From assembly GCA_963727445.1 (NCBI GenBank), contig CAVSGI010000015.1, positions 224,001 to 288,000 of the forward strand: a stretch of DNA of 64,000 nucleotides. Reading direction: 5' to 3'. The DNA comes from an uncultured delta proteobacterium. GTDB lineage: Bacteria; Myxococcota_A; Polyangia; Polyangiales; B10-G4. A model generated the notes under the pieces. That model saw only the letters and a list, made by a program, of their open reading frames with translations, did not search any database and was not told where the DNA came from. The translations under genes were made by a program, and so were the position numbers. The stretch's first letter is position 1. The number at the start of each line of letters is the position of its first letter. Below, one piece after another: positions 53,481-64,000 of this stretch.

Positions 53481-55109
53481 ATGGAGGCAACGGCCGACGC
53501 CAACCTACCACAGCGCGTCGGTCGCTACGACGTGCTCGGACGCCTGGAGACGGGCGGAATGGCAGAGATCCTCCTGGGTCAGCTTCGCGGCCCGAGCGGC
53601 TTCGAAGCGCCCGTGGTCATCAAGCGCATCCTGCCGCACCTCGCGCGCGATCCCTCCTTCGAGAAGATGTTCCTCGACGAAGCGCGCATCGCCGCGGGCG
53701 TGCGTCATCCGAACGTGGTGCACGTCCACGAGCTCGGGAGGGAGAACGACGACCTCTTCCTCGTCATGGAGTACCTCGAGGGCGAGCCGGTGATGGGTGT
53801 GCTCCGTCGCGCCGCGAGCCGCGGGATCCGCGTCGACCCGATGGTCTCGGCGCACGTGCTCGCGGAGACGGCGGCGGGGCTCCACGCCGCGCACGAGCTG
53901 AAGGATCCCGACGGCGAGCTCCGCAACGTGGTGCACCGCGACGTCTCCCCCTCGAACATCTTCGTCACCTACGAGGGGCACGTGAAGATCCTCGACTTCG
54001 GGATCGCCAAAGCCGCCGACCGCATGACGAAGACCGACGCCGGCCTGATCAAGGGCAAGTTCGCCTACATGTCTCCGGAGCAGTGTCGCGGCGAGCCCCT
54101 CGACCGACGCAGCGACGTCTTCGGTCTCGGCATCGTGCTCTACGAGATGCTCACCGGACGACGGCTCTTTCAGCGCCGCACCCAGGCCGCCACCATCCGC
54201 GCGGTGCTCGAGCACGAGATCGCGCCGCCCTCGGAGCTCGCGCCCGGCATCCCCGAGGAGCTCGAGCGCATCTGCATGAAAGCGCTCTCGCGATCGAGGC
54301 GCCGGCGCTACCCGACCGCGGCTCAGATGCGCTCGGACCTGAAGAAGGTGCTGGCGGGCGCCTACGAGGACGGCTCGCCGGAGGAGCGGCTCTACGACCT
54401 GATGCAGCGCCTCTTCACCGATCGCATCGAGCAGAAGGGCGAGATGCTGCGGCGGGTGGAGCGCGGCGAAGAGGTGGGGGTGCTGCCGCCCACCATGGCG
54501 GACATCGAGATCGAGCTCCCGAACGCCGAGTCCGTGGCCGCCGGCCAGATGACGAGCGGCGTGATGCGGCGCACCACCACCGGCACCGCGACGCGGCGCT
54601 GGGCGCTCGCCGGCGCCATCAGCGGGGTCGTCGCGCTGGCCGCGGCGATCTTCCTGGGCGTCTCGGTCTTCGGTGGTGAGGACGCCACGCCGCAGCCGAG
54701 CCCCGAGACGGCACCGGCGGTCGCGGCGGAGGCGCCCGGGGTTGTCTCGGTCGCGGTCGCTTCCCTGCCGGCGGGCGCGGAGGTGGTGGTCGACGGAGAG
54801 GTGCGCGGGGTCACGCCGACCACCCTGGTCCTCGATCGGCGCGCGACGCCGGTCGACGTCGAGCTGCGCGCAGAGGGGTACATCACCGGCACCGAGCGCC
54901 TGATCCCCGACGTCGACCAACGCCTGAGGGTGACCCTCGCGCCGGCGCCGCCGCCGATCGCCCTGACCGAGGGAGAGGCGGAGGAGGAAGCAGCGAGCGC
55001 AGCGGACCAGACGCCGACCATGGCCGCGCCCATGCGACGCCGGCGGAGCATGCGCGGGATGACCGCCGCCATGACGAGTGGCGACCGAGACTTTCGTCGG
55101 TGGGATTGA
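53481..55109 (+). CDS. Membrane Ser/Thr kinase with extracytoplasmic PEGA-like domain
   Basis: GGMAE, VIKR, HRDVSPSN, DFGIAK and GKFAYMSPE; TM segment; S.PAGAEVVVDG..RG.TP. Confidence 0.93.
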   Translation: MEATADANLPQRVGRYDVLGRLETGGMAEILLGQLRGPSGFEAPVVIKRILPHLARDPSFEKMFLDEARIAAGVRHPNVVHVHELGRENDDLFLVMEYLEGEPVMGVLRRAASRGIRVDPMVSAHVLAETAAGLHAAHELKDPDGELRNVVHRDVSPSNIFVTYEGHVKILDFGIAKAADRMTKTDAGLIKGKFAYMSPEQCRGEPLDRRSDVFGLGIVLYEMLTGRRLFQRRTQAATIRAVLEHEIAPPSELAPGIPEELERICMKALSRSRRRRYPTAAQMRSDLKKVLAGAYEDGSPEERLYDLMQRLFTDRIEQKGEMLRRVERGEEVGVLPPTMADIEIELPNAESVAAGQMTSGVMRRTTTGTATRRWALAGAISGVVALAAAIFLGVSVFGGEDATPQPSPETAPAVAAEAPGVVSVAVASLPAGAEVVVDGEVRGVTPTTLVLDRRATPVDVELRAEGYITGTERLIPDVDQRLRVTLAPAPPPIALTEGEAEEEAASAADQTPTMAAPMRRRRSMRGMTAAMTSGDRDFRRWD

Positions 55110-55115
55110 GCTGAC

Positions 55116-57992
55116 TTGGCTGCGAAGAAGAAGCGCGCATCCAAGAAGTCGGTCGCGATCCCGCTCGCGCATCGCCTGCCGAATCCGCCCGCCGTCTACG
55201 TCGGCCGGGAGTCGGACCTCGCCTGGTTGGCCGAGGCGATCGAGCGTGCGCCCGTCACGCTGATCGCGGGTCCCGGCGGGGTCGGCAAGACCGCGCTGGT
55301 GCTGCAGACGCTGCACACGCGCTTCAGTCGGAAGGTCGATCGCGTGATCTTCGTCGACGTGCCGCCGGGACAGCCCGCGGCCCAGGTGCGCCAGGACATC
55401 CTCCGCGCGCTGGCGGCGGTCGCGGGCGATGCGATCGATTGGCCGGCGATCCAGGCCGACCCCGAAGCGGTGACGGCCGCCGCGCTCGACCTGGCGGAAG
55501 CCGGCCCCTTCTTCGTGGTGATCGACGACGTCTTTCAGGGCGAGTCCGACGAGACGGCGGAGATGCTGATCCGCCTGGCGAGCTATGCGCGCAAGAGCCG
55601 ATGGATCGCCACCAGTCGCTCGAGCCCGCACCGGCGCGAGCTCGCGGGGCAGGTGCTGACCCTCGCCGCGATGAGCGACGACGAGCTGGCCACGCTGGCC
55701 GCGGCCTGGGCACCCGGAGCGGACGCGGTGACGGTTCGGCGCGCGATCGCGCGGGCGAGCGGGAGCCCGTGGCTCCTGTCGCAGCTGCTCGTGACGGGCT
55801 CCTCCGAGGAGTCGCTTCAAGAGGAAGGGCTGTTGGCCGGGCTCACGGGTGAAGCGGCCGAGTTCCTCCGCGGCCTCACCCTTGTCGAGATCCCGCTGCC
55901 GCTGCCGGTGCTGCGCCTCTTCACTCCCGACCCCGGACCGGACGCCCTCGCCACCCTCGAGCAGCGCGGCCTGGTGACGCGGAGCGCCGGCGGGATCCGC
56001 CTCCACGACGTGGCGCGCGGTCTGCTGTCGAGCGGGCGACGAAGCGATCACGGCGACGAGGCGGCGCACGCCGCCGCGCTCCTCGCCCAACAGGAGTCCC
56101 TCGACGCGCGCCTCGAGGCCGCGCGCCTCCTGTCGCGCCTCGGGCGCAGCGAAGCGCTCTCCGATCTGTTGGACCGCGACGCCGAGCGCTTCCTCGACGG
56201 CGGCTACGCGCCGCGCCTGTGGAAGATCCTCCGCGAGAGCGCCGACCCGAAGGTCGAGTCGTGGAAGCTCCGCTGCGCGGCCGAGCTCGGCAACCCCACC
56301 GCCCTCGCGCAGGTGCACGCGCCAGCGCGCAGCGGCCCGGCCGAGACGCTGGCGTGGGCGCGCACCCTGCGCGCCAGCGGCGACGCTCAGGACGCGGCCG
56401 CGCAGCTCGACAAGATCCTCGCCTCCCCCGATCTCGATCCGGAGACGCGCCGTGAAGCGCGCCTCCTCCGCGCCGCCTGCGCCATCCACCTCGGCCACTA
56501 CGCCGACGCCCGCGCAGCCCTCGAAGAGGCCGGCGCCACCGACGCCCCCACCGCCCTCGCGCGGGACGCCGCCCGCGCCCTCGCCGTCACTCTCGAGGGG
56601 GGCACGCCCCCCCTCGCGGATCTGTCGGAGCTGCGCCGGCGCGCCCTCGAGACCCCCGAGCCCGGCGCCGCCGCGCGCGATCTGGCCGAGGCCTTCGCCT
56701 CCCTCGGCATGATCGCCGAGGCCGGCGAGCTCGCCAGCCGCGGCCGCCCCCGCGGCGCTCAGGCCGTGCTCCTGTCGAACCGCGAGAGCATCCTGTTGAG
56801 CGCGCGAGCCCACCTCGAGCGTGGCGATCTCGACGGCGCTCGCCGCCTCACCGACGAGATGCGCGCCTTCGCCCGCGGCTCGTCGCTCCTCTTGCCAGCG
56901 CTTCATCACCTCGACGTCTCTCGACGCCTCGCCGCGGGCGAGCTCGATGGCCTCGCGCCCTTCCTCGAAGCATGCGTACGCGAAGTGGAGGGCATCGACG
57001 CCCGCGCCGACATCGAGCTCGCCACCGTCCGCGTTCGCCTCTCCCTCGCCCGCGCCGACGGCGCTGGGCTGCCCCCGATCCCCGAAGCTCTGCGAGCCAC
57101 CCGTGCGGGCCTCGTCCACGCCTACTGGGAAGCGATCCGGTCCACACGCGACAGTGGCGACCCGCGCTTCGCGGCGCCGCCGCCCGAGGGCGACCGGCGC
57201 CTCGAAATCCTCCAGGAGCTCCTCCTGTCGACTCACGCACTCTCCGAAGGCGACACCGCCACCGCGACCCACCACGCCGTCGAGGCGGTGCGCCTCGGCG
57301 TGCGGTACGAGCTGGCGCTTCTCGAAGCGCACGGACGCGCCCTGCTCTCGGACGCGCTGCTCTGCGCCGGACGGCGCGCCGACCTCGCGCGCGAGGCAGC
57401 ACATCTCGAAGAGCTCGCGCGCGGGATGGGCTCGACGCGTTACGCGCTCGAAGCGAGCCTCTACCTCGAAGCGTCGGCGCGCGAGCGCCTCGCGCCGGCG
57501 CTCCTCGAGCGCCTCGCCGCCTCGGCCCACGTCGCCCCCACCGCGGCGCGGCGCGCTCGAGCGCTCCTGGGCGCCGAGCCGGCCCTCGACCACGTGGACC
57601 TGCGCGTCCTCGAGAGCCTCGCCACGAGCGCCGGGCCCTTCGAGCTCATCGGCGGCGCCGAAGCCAGCGAGGAGTGGGTGCCCGCGTGGGGCATCGACGA
57701 GCCGATGCGCAGCGTGTGGCTCCCCGACGGTCGCACGGTCGAGGTGGCCGGGCAGAGCCTCCGCATCCTGATGGTGCTCGCGGACCGGGGGGGACGGGCC
57801 ACGAAGGAGGAGCTGGTCTGCGCGGCCTGGGACGAGGACGAGTACCACCCGCTTCGCCACGACGGGAAGCTCCACGTCGCGGTGAGGAAATTGCGCGAAA
57901 CCATCGAGGACGATCCGAAAAAGCCCATTCGCCTCGCCACCGCCGAGGACGGATATCGGCTCGGCGGCCCGGTGCGCAGGTGCGGATCCTGA
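55116..57992 (+). CDS. STAND-like ATPase with helical middle and C-terminal OmpR/PhoB-type winged-helix DNA-binding domain
   Basis: YVGRE, Walker A GPGGVGKT, Walker B VVIDD, TSR and GSPW; C-terminal TKEELV..AW...LHVAVRKLR..IEDDP..P...GYRL. TTG start. Confidence 0.8.
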   Translation: MAAKKKRASKKSVAIPLAHRLPNPPAVYVGRESDLAWLAEAIERAPVTLIAGPGGVGKTALVLQTLHTRFSRKVDRVIFVDVPPGQPAAQVRQDILRALAAVAGDAIDWPAIQADPEAVTAAALDLAEAGPFFVVIDDVFQGESDETAEMLIRLASYARKSRWIATSRSSPHRRELAGQVLTLAAMSDDELATLAAAWAPGADAVTVRRAIARASGSPWLLSQLLVTGSSEESLQEEGLLAGLTGEAAEFLRGLTLVEIPLPLPVLRLFTPDPGPDALATLEQRGLVTRSAGGIRLHDVARGLLSSGRRSDHGDEAAHAAALLAQQESLDARLEAARLLSRLGRSEALSDLLDRDAERFLDGGYAPRLWKILRESADPKVESWKLRCAAELGNPTALAQVHAPARSGPAETLAWARTLRASGDAQDAAAQLDKILASPDLDPETRREARLLRAACAIHLGHYADARAALEEAGATDAPTALARDAARALAVTLEGGTPPLADLSELRRRALETPEPGAAARDLAEAFASLGMIAEAGELASRGRPRGAQAVLLSNRESILLSARAHLERGDLDGARRLTDEMRAFARGSSLLLPALHHLDVSRRLAAGELDGLAPFLEACVREVEGIDARADIELATVRVRLSLARADGAGLPPIPEALRATRAGLVHAYWEAIRSTRDSGDPRFAAPPPEGDRRLEILQELLLSTHALSEGDTATATHHAVEAVRLGVRYELALLEAHGRALLSDALLCAGRRADLAREAAHLEELARGMGSTRYALEASLYLEASARERLAPALLERLAASAHVAPTAARRARALLGAEPALDHVDLRVLESLATSAGPFELIGGAEASEEWVPAWGIDEPMRSVWLPDGRTVEVAGQSLRILMVLADRGGRATKEELVCAAWDEDEYHPLRHDGKLHVAVRKLRETIEDDPKKPIRLATAEDGYRLGGPVRRCGS

Positions 57993-58036
57993 ATCCGCCG
58001 GCAAGAGGACGGACCGGCTGCTAGGCTTCGGCCGCC

Positions 58037-59206
58037 ATGCGCCGTGCCTTTCTTTTCCTGCCTTTGTTCGCCGTCACCGCCTGCGCCGCCAACGGCGGAA
58101 CAATCGATGGAGGCGGCCCGGACGCATCGCTCCCCGACGCCACCCCCGACGCGACCCCAGACGGCGCCCCGATGGACGGGGCGATGCCAATGGATGGCTC
58201 CACGCCCGACGCGATGGCTGACGCCGACGCGGGAGCGGTCTGTGTGTGCCCGGGCCTGCCGGCCTGCACCGGCGCGATGCCCGACACCCCGGCCTTCGCG
58301 CCCGAAGGCACGGCCTTCGTCGACCAGCTCTTCCAGGTGATCGCCTGCGCCGACACCACGCTGGACATGGCGATCTACGAGACCACCTACGACTGCGTGG
58401 TCGACGCCCTGGTGACCCGGCTGACCGCCGACTCCGGCCTGACCATCCGCCTGGTGATCGACGACGACATGTGCCCCCTCGGCGCGGGCGGCGTGCGCGA
58501 CTGCGCGCTCTCACGCATCGCCGACAACCCGCGGGTCACCATCGTGGACGACGCGCGCTCCGCGCTGATGCACCACAAGTTCATCATCGCCGACGGTGAA
58601 GAGGTGTGGGTCGGCTCGGGGAACATGACCCGCTCGAGCTTCTGCACCGACTACAACAACTCCATCGTCGTCACCCAGTCGGAGATCGTGGCCGGCTACC
58701 AGGCGGCCTTCGATCAGATGTTCGGCGGCGACTTCAGCCCGCAGCCGGTGGCGCCGGGGATCGCGGGCGGCAGCTACACGCTCTACACCAGCCCCCGCTC
58801 GCCCATCTCCTCGCCGTCGCCCTGGTTCGACGCGCTTGTGACCGCCATCGACGACGCGAGCACGAAGGTCGAGGTGATGATCAGCGCCTGGACGCGGACC
58901 GAGGTCTCGGACGCGCTGATCCGCGCCCACGGCCGCGGTCTCACGGTGCGCGCCCTGGTCCGCAGCTCCTACGTGGACGACCCGCCGGCCCAGGCCCTGA
59001 TCGCCGCCGGCATCGAGGTCCGCCACGACAACGTCCACAGCAAGGTCGCCATCATCGACGACCACCTGGTGTTCACCGGCTCCCCGAACTGGTCCATGAA
59101 CGCGTGGAGCAACAGCGAGGGCAGCCTCTTGATCGACGACGCCACCGTGGCCGCCGCCTACGCCGCCGAGCTGGCGCGGGCGTGGCCGATGGCCGCGACC
59201 CCCTGA
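58037..59206 (+). CDS. Phospholipase D-superfamily lipoprotein/secreted enzyme
   Basis: Two HKD motifs (HHKFIIAD...GSGN and HSKVAIID...GSPNW); lipobox-like VTAC. Confidence 0.88.
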   Translation: MRRAFLFLPLFAVTACAANGGTIDGGGPDASLPDATPDATPDGAPMDGAMPMDGSTPDAMADADAGAVCVCPGLPACTGAMPDTPAFAPEGTAFVDQLFQVIACADTTLDMAIYETTYDCVVDALVTRLTADSGLTIRLVIDDDMCPLGAGGVRDCALSRIADNPRVTIVDDARSALMHHKFIIADGEEVWVGSGNMTRSSFCTDYNNSIVVTQSEIVAGYQAAFDQMFGGDFSPQPVAPGIAGGSYTLYTSPRSPISSPSPWFDALVTAIDDASTKVEVMISAWTRTEVSDALIRAHGRGLTVRALVRSSYVDDPPAQALIAAGIEVRHDNVHSKVAIIDDHLVFTGSPNWSMNAWSNSEGSLLIDDATVAAAYAAELARAWPMAATP

Positions 59207-59217
59207 GCGACCGCGCA

Positions 59218-59919
59218 TCAGAAACAGGGCAGCGCCGGTGTGCACCATTCGCCGGTGTTGATCGGCGGCACCACCACCAGCAGGTAGCGCTCGAAGGCGA
59301 GCACCGTGCCGTCGCTGCGCTTGACCTGGTAGCGGAACGGATAGGCGCGCAGGCAGCTCTCGAAGCCGACGCTCGCGTCATAGGTGAAGGTGGTCTCGAA
59401 GTTCAGCTCGGTGGTGCCGACCACGCCGCGAAAGCGCTCGGCGTCGGCCTCCACCACGGCGACGTTCTCCGGCGGGTTGGCGAAGAGCGCCACCGAGCCG
59501 TCCCAGAAGTCGGCGGCTGTGAGGCCGTCCGCGTCGCGGGCGTCGCGCGACTCGAAGGCGCCCGCATAGTCCTGACCCGAACCGCGGATCACGAGGGTGT
59601 GCGAGGCGCGCACCATGCTGCCGGGCATCTCGAGGAGGCGGAAGACCACGTCGTCGGTCGGGACCGCCGGGACGAGCGGGTCGTAGTTGTTGAAGACCTC
59701 GACGAAATCGGAGTAGCCGTCGGCGTCGGTGTCGGGGTCGAGGGGGTCGGTGCCGCGATCCAGCTCCGTCTGGTTGCACAGGCCGTCGCCGTCGTCGTCG
59801 CCGCGGTCGGGAGCGCCGTCCGCCAGGCCATCGGTGGACGCGTCGCTCGGCGGCTCGGTGGTGCCCGGGCATCCGGTCAGCAGCGCCACGGAAAGGACGA
59901 GGGCAGTTCGACCGAGCAT
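59218..59919 (-). CDS. Lipoprotein with TSP3-like Ca-binding motif
   Basis: Lipobox LTGC; DDDGDGLCNQTE..GTDPLDPDTDADGYSD. Confidence 0.75.
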   Translation of the reverse strand: MLGRTALVLSVALLTGCPGTTEPPSDASTDGLADGAPDRGDDDGDGLCNQTELDRGTDPLDPDTDADGYSDFVEVFNNYDPLVPAVPTDDVVFRLLEMPGSMVRASHTLVIRGSGQDYAGAFESRDARDADGLTAADFWDGSVALFANPPENVAVVEADAERFRGVVGTTELNFETTFTYDASVGFESCLRAYPFRYQVKRSDGTVLAFERYLLVVVPPINTGEWCTPALPCF

Positions 59920-60047
59920 CCGACTGAAGAGCCTGTAGCTCCCTCGGCCAGGGGTCAACAGCGACGCCAACGAGGGGGCAACGATGGCGCGGGCCCGATC
60001 GGGGCGCAGCGTGGACGGAGGCGTCATTGTCGGCTACATGGGCGCCC

Positions 60048-60884
60048 ATGGCGCTGAATCCAGAGGCCGCTGGCCAACAGACCGAAGAGCTCGTCCACAC
60101 CTACGACTGGAAGGACCAGGTCCTCTACGCCCTCGGCGTGGGCGCCAAGCGCGCGGAGCTCGACTTCCTCTACGAAAAGCGTGGGCCCAAGGTCCTGCCG
60201 ACCTACGCGGTGGTGCCGACCTTCCACGTGAACTCGAAGCTCTTCGAGGTGATCGGCGGCGACCTCCTCGGGGTGGTGCACGGCGGCCAGGGCATTCGCC
60301 TGCACAAGCCCTTCGCGCCGAAGGGCACGCTCAAGACCGTGGGCACCGTGGCCGGTGTCTACGACCTCAAGCGCATGGCGACCACGGTGATCACCACCGA
60401 GACCCGCGACGAGAGCGGCGACCTCGTCTGCGAGACGAGCTGGAACATCATCTACCGCCTCGACGGCGGCTTCGGCGGCACGCCCCCGCCCAAGACCCCG
60501 AAGGTGCGGCCCCCCGAGCGCGCCCCCGACTTCCGCGTCGAGGAGAAGACCAGCGAGGAGCAGGCGCTCCTCTATCGCCTGAACGGCGACCTGAACCCGC
60601 TCCACGCCGATCCCGAGATCGCGCAGAAGGCGAAGTTCGACCAGCCGATCCTCCATGGCCTGTGCACCTACGGCTACGTCGGTCGCGCCGTCCTGCACTC
60701 GGTCTGCGACGGCGACCCCATGCGCTTCAAGGCGCTCGAGGGCCAGTTCCGCAAGCCGGTCTGGCCAGGCGACACGATCATCACCGAGGGCTGGAAGGAA
60801 GAGGGCCGGGTGATCCTGCGCGCGTCGACGAAGGAACGTCCCGAGGACTACTGCTTCACGAACGCCTGGGCCGAGGTCGACTGA
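60048..60884 (+). CDS. MaoC-like double-hotdog (R)-enoyl-CoA hydratase 2
   Basis: LYALGVG, VHGGQ and the hydratase-2 motif YRLNGDLNPLHADP...ILHGLCTYG. Confidence 0.92.
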   Translation: MALNPEAAGQQTEELVHTYDWKDQVLYALGVGAKRAELDFLYEKRGPKVLPTYAVVPTFHVNSKLFEVIGGDLLGVVHGGQGIRLHKPFAPKGTLKTVGTVAGVYDLKRMATTVITTETRDESGDLVCETSWNIIYRLDGGFGGTPPPKTPKVRPPERAPDFRVEEKTSEEQALLYRLNGDLNPLHADPEIAQKAKFDQPILHGLCTYGYVGRAVLHSVCDGDPMRFKALEGQFRKPVWPGDTIITEGWKEEGRVILRASTKERPEDYCFTNAWAEVD

Positions 60885-60891
60885 AGAGCCG

Positions 60892-63267
60892 TCAGCGCGG
60901 CACCGACAGAGGCGGCGGCGCGGGATCGGTGAGCGGCCGGACGACCGCGAGCTGCCGCCGGAAGACCTCCGGGTCGGTGGTGGGGAGCTCGCAATGGCCC
61001 CGCTCGCACACATAAGCGGTGGGGCGGCCGTCGAGGGTGGTCTTGCCTTCGAGCAGGGGGCTCGCGTCGGTCGGCGCGCCCTGAACGAGCCGTAGCGCGA
61101 GCGCGTTCGGCAGATAGGTCTCGGCCAGGACCTCCTCGAGGGGCGACGCGCCCTGCCCCTCGGCGGAGACGATCACCACCTCCCGCGGCGCGTCGAGATC
61201 GAAGTCGAGGGCGGCGAGGGTCAGCGGCATGGCACCGCCCGCGCGGCGCATCGCGTCGGCGAATGCCGAAAGACCGCGCTCCGCCACTTCACGATGCGCG
61301 TCGTCACCGGTGAGCTCGGCGAGGCGGAGGCCGTTCAGGATCGCCACGGCGTTGCCCGAGGGGAGCGCCCCGTCGCGGCTCGGCTTGTCGCGGACGAGGA
61401 GCTGCTCGTGATCGTCAGCGGTGGCGTAGTAGCCGCCAGCCGCGTCGAGGTAGTGCGCGTTCAGCAGGGCCTCGAGGGCGCGCGCGCCCTCGAGGAGCTC
61501 CGCTTCGCCCGTCGCCTCGTAGGCGTCGAGGAGCGCAGCGATCGAGAAGGCGTAGTCGTCGAGGTAGGCGTCGTGACGCGCGCGCCCGTCGCGGTAGGCG
61601 CGGAGGAGCCGGCCGTCCTCGTCCCGGAGCTGGGCGAGAAGGAAGCGGCTGGCGCGGAGCGCGGCCTGACGATAGCGCTCCTCGGAGAAGGCCACGGCGG
61701 CGCGCGCGAACGCGCTGATCATCAGGCCGTTCCAGGCGGTGAGGATCTTGTCGTCGCGGAGCGGGGCGGGGCGTGCCTCGCGCGTTCGGTACAGATCGGC
61801 GCGCGACGAAGCGAGGGTCTCGCGAAGGACGCGCGGGGTGATCCCCAGCTCGGCGGCGACGGCGTCGTCGTCGCGCGCGCGGTGCAGGATGTTGCGGCCG
61901 TCGAAGTTCCCCGCGTCGGTCACGCCGTGGACCGCGCGGATGACGCGCGCCCGCTCGGGGCCGAGCGCGTCCTCGAGCTCCGCCGGGGTCCAGGTGAAGA
62001 AGTAGCCCTCTTCGGCGTGGCCCGAGGGGGCCAGGCTGTCGGCATCGGTCGCCGAGTAGAAGCCGCCCTCGGGGCTCGTCATCTCGCTGAGGACGTAGTC
62101 GAGGGTCTCTCGGGCGACCTCCCGGTAGAGCCCCTTGCCGGTGGCGCGAAAGGCCGCGGTGTAGACCGCGGCGAGCTGCGCGTTGTCGTAGAGCATCTTT
62201 TCGAAGTGCGGCACGAGCCACGCCCCGTCGGTGGCGTAGCGATGAAAGCCGCCGCCGACGTGGTCGTAGATCCCGCCGCGATACATCGCTTCGAGGGTGT
62301 GCTCGACGATCGCGAGCGCCCCCGGATCGCCCGTGCGCCGGTGATAGCGCAAGAGGAGCTCGAGGCGCGCGGGCTGCGGAAACTTCGGCGCGCGCCCGAA
62401 ACCGCCGCGCACCGGATCGTAGGATCGGGCCATCCAGGCGACGGCGCTGACGATCGCCTCGGGTCCTGGCACACCCGCGGCCGGCGCATACCGAGCGCTG
62501 TCCCTCAGCCGCTGGCTCATCCGCGCCGCGTCGGCGACGAGCGCTTCGCGGTCGGTCCGATAGCGCGTGGCGACGTCGGTCAACAGGGACAAGAGCCCGC
62601 GCTGCGCACCGCGCACCCCGTCGCGCGGCGGGAAATAGGTCCCGCCGAAGAACGGCTCTTTGTCCGGCGTCATCAGCACCGTCATCGGCCAGCCGCCCCC
62701 GCCGGTCATCATCTGCACCGCGCGCATGTAGACCTCGTCGATGTCGGGTCGCTCCTCGCGGTCCACCTTGATCGCGACGAAGTGCTCGTTGAGGTACGCC
62801 GCGATCTCGAGGTCCTCGAAGGACTCGCGCTCCATCACGTGACACCAATGGCAGGTCGAGTACCCGATGGAGAGGAAGATCGGCTTGCCCTCCGCGCGGG
62901 CCTTGTCGAAGGCCTCGGGCCCCCACGGAAACCAGTTCACGGGGTTGTGGGCGTGCTGCAGCAGGTACGGGCTGCTCTCGAGGATCAGCCGGTTGACGAA
63001 GCGCGGCTCGCCGTCCTCGAGGTGCTCGGTGCGCGGCTCGTAGTCGTCGCCCTCGTCGGCGAGGGCCCGCCGAAGCCGGCGCTCGGCTTCGGGACTCGGG
63101 CGATCGACGCCGGGGAGCGCCGGGTCGCCGCCGATCGCCTCGGGGACGTCGCCGCGCCCAGTGATCTCCGGCGCAGCGGTGGATGTGGCTGCTGACCTGC
63201 GGGGGCTCGCGGAGCCGCAATCGCAGGCAACCAGGAAGAGCAGCGCGAAGAGGCTCGACGATTTCAT
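60892..63267 (-). CDS. YyaL/SSP411 (thioredoxin-like DUF255 + six-hairpin) protein with an N-terminal lipoprotein-like signal
   Basis: [59 protein letters not shown] and [13 protein letters not shown]. Confidence 0.92.
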   Translation of the reverse strand: MKSSSLFALLFLVACDCGSASPRRSAATSTAAPEITGRGDVPEAIGGDPALPGVDRPSPEAERRLRRALADEGDDYEPRTEHLEDGEPRFVNRLILESSPYLLQHAHNPVNWFPWGPEAFDKARAEGKPIFLSIGYSTCHWCHVMERESFEDLEIAAYLNEHFVAIKVDREERPDIDEVYMRAVQMMTGGGGWPMTVLMTPDKEPFFGGTYFPPRDGVRGAQRGLLSLLTDVATRYRTDREALVADAARMSQRLRDSARYAPAAGVPGPEAIVSAVAWMARSYDPVRGGFGRAPKFPQPARLELLLRYHRRTGDPGALAIVEHTLEAMYRGGIYDHVGGGFHRYATDGAWLVPHFEKMLYDNAQLAAVYTAAFRATGKGLYREVARETLDYVLSEMTSPEGGFYSATDADSLAPSGHAEEGYFFTWTPAELEDALGPERARVIRAVHGVTDAGNFDGRNILHRARDDDAVAAELGITPRVLRETLASSRADLYRTREARPAPLRDDKILTAWNGLMISAFARAAVAFSEERYRQAALRASRFLLAQLRDEDGRLLRAYRDGRARHDAYLDDYAFSIAALLDAYEATGEAELLEGARALEALLNAHYLDAAGGYYATADDHEQLLVRDKPSRDGALPSGNAVAILNGLRLAELTGDDAHREVAERGLSAFADAMRRAGGAMPLTLAALDFDLDAPREVVIVSAEGQGASPLEEVLAETYLPNALALRLVQGAPTDASPLLEGKTTLDGRPTAYVCERGHCELPTTDPEVFRRQLAVVRPLTDPAPPPLSVPR

Positions 63268-63356
63268 CCGCCGGCAGTCTACGCGCCGATTGGAATTCGG
63301 GCGCCCCGGGGCCGACTCAGCCCGAGGGGAGGGGGTGTCTTCCCCGGGGAGGCGAC

Positions 63357-64000
63357 ATGCGACTCGGGCACTCTTTCGTCTGGATCACCGTGCTCTCGAT
63401 GATCTCCGGCTGTGATCCCTTTCGCCTTCCGGAGGCGGAGGAAGAGCCCGACTCGAGCTTTTCGTCGAGCGGCCTCGGCGACGGTCCCACGCTCGCGCGC
63501 TTCGAGATCTGCAACAACGGCATCGACGACGACCAGAACGGGTCGATCGACGACGGCTGCGTCTGCAGGGTCGGCGCGACCCAGAATTGCTACCCCGGTT
63601 GGCCCGAGACGGCGGGGGTCGGCGCCTGCGGCTTCGGCGAGCAGACCTGCGTGGCGCGGGGCTCCATCGGCGCGTGGGCCAACGTGTGCACCGGCGCCAT
63701 CGCGCCGGGGGTCGAGACCTGTGATGACGGCTTCGATGACGACTGCGACGGGGCGATCGATGAAGGCTGCTCGTGCACCCTCGGCGCGGAGCAACCCTGC
63801 TTCACCGGTCCCGCCGCGCGCGCCGACATCGGGACCTGCGCCAGTGGCCTGCAGCATTGCGTCGAAGGGCCGGAGCTCGAAGGTGTGCCCAGTGGAATTT
63901 GGGGTGCGTGCGAGGGATCCGTCGAACCGACGGCGGAACGGTGCAACGGAGAAGATGACGACTGTGATGGTGCGGTCGACGACATCCGCGAGCTCTGCGA
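63357..64000 (+). CDS. Cys/Asp-rich repeat lipoprotein (E.C...DDDCDG..DE putative metal-binding repeats); 3' end lies beyond the window
   Basis: Not in the ORF track. GGAGG RBS, then [57 protein letters not shown] and [16 protein letters not shown]. Confidence 0.8.
   Translation, partial: MRLGHSFVWITVLSMISGCDPFRLPEAEEEPDSSFSSSGLGDGPTLARFEICNNGIDDDQNGSIDDGCVCRVGATQNCYPGWPETAGVGACGFGEQTCVARGSIGAWANVCTGAIAPGVETCDDGFDDDCDGAIDEGCSCTLGAEQPCFTGPAARADIGTCASGLQHCVEGPELEGVPSGIWGACEGSVEPTAERCNGEDDDCDGAVDDIRELC

Noticed and set aside
53505..58004. 1499-aa minus-strand ORF, and other long antisense ORFs such as 31881..34505, 26041..28290 and 3898..5787
   Set aside because: These are shadow frames of well-supported opposite-strand genes, expected in high-GC DNA, and they carry no motifs.
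55116..59206. STAND ATPase + PLD as an Avs-like antiphage system
   Set aside because: The ATPase ends in a transcription-factor winged helix, and the PLD has an export signal and its own promoter-like hexamer. There is no defence-island context.

Overview
This is a very GC-rich (roughly 70% by eye), gene-dense chromosomal window. Its content points to a Myxococcota bacterium, probably Polyangia/Sandaracinaceae-like (inference): Hanks kinases, FHA-sigma54 activators, MYXO-CTERM tails, a DUF1592/DUF1552 pair and many Cys-rich lipoproteins. About 48 CDS are supported. Recognisable genes include a fatty-acid desaturase, a TSP3/OmpA protein, fdhD-mobA, clpB, rpsU, a ChaC homologue, a PPi-type PFK, a wcaJ-like priming transferase, a PLD, a MaoC hydratase and YyaL. 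I found no rRNA, tRNA, CRISPR array, transposase or phage genes. Four single-base insertions break otherwise intact genes (the OmpA gene, an FHA gene, and clpB twice) and are most likely assembly errors. The most interesting signals are: (1) a coupled PAS histidine kinase plus receiver-glutaredoxin-like-TrxB-like fusion that lacks both CxxC motifs; (2) a divergent kinase/STAND-regulator versus TPR/LamG/heme-lipoprotein/Tat-DUF1552 module; (3) a recurring TANNNT-N6/7-start leaderless promoter pattern; (4) two non-coding inverted-repeat elements; (5) three tandem beta-helix lipoprotein paralogues; and (6) a circularly permuted, Cys-containing SLH trimer. All family assignments come from motif recognition by eye, not from database searches.
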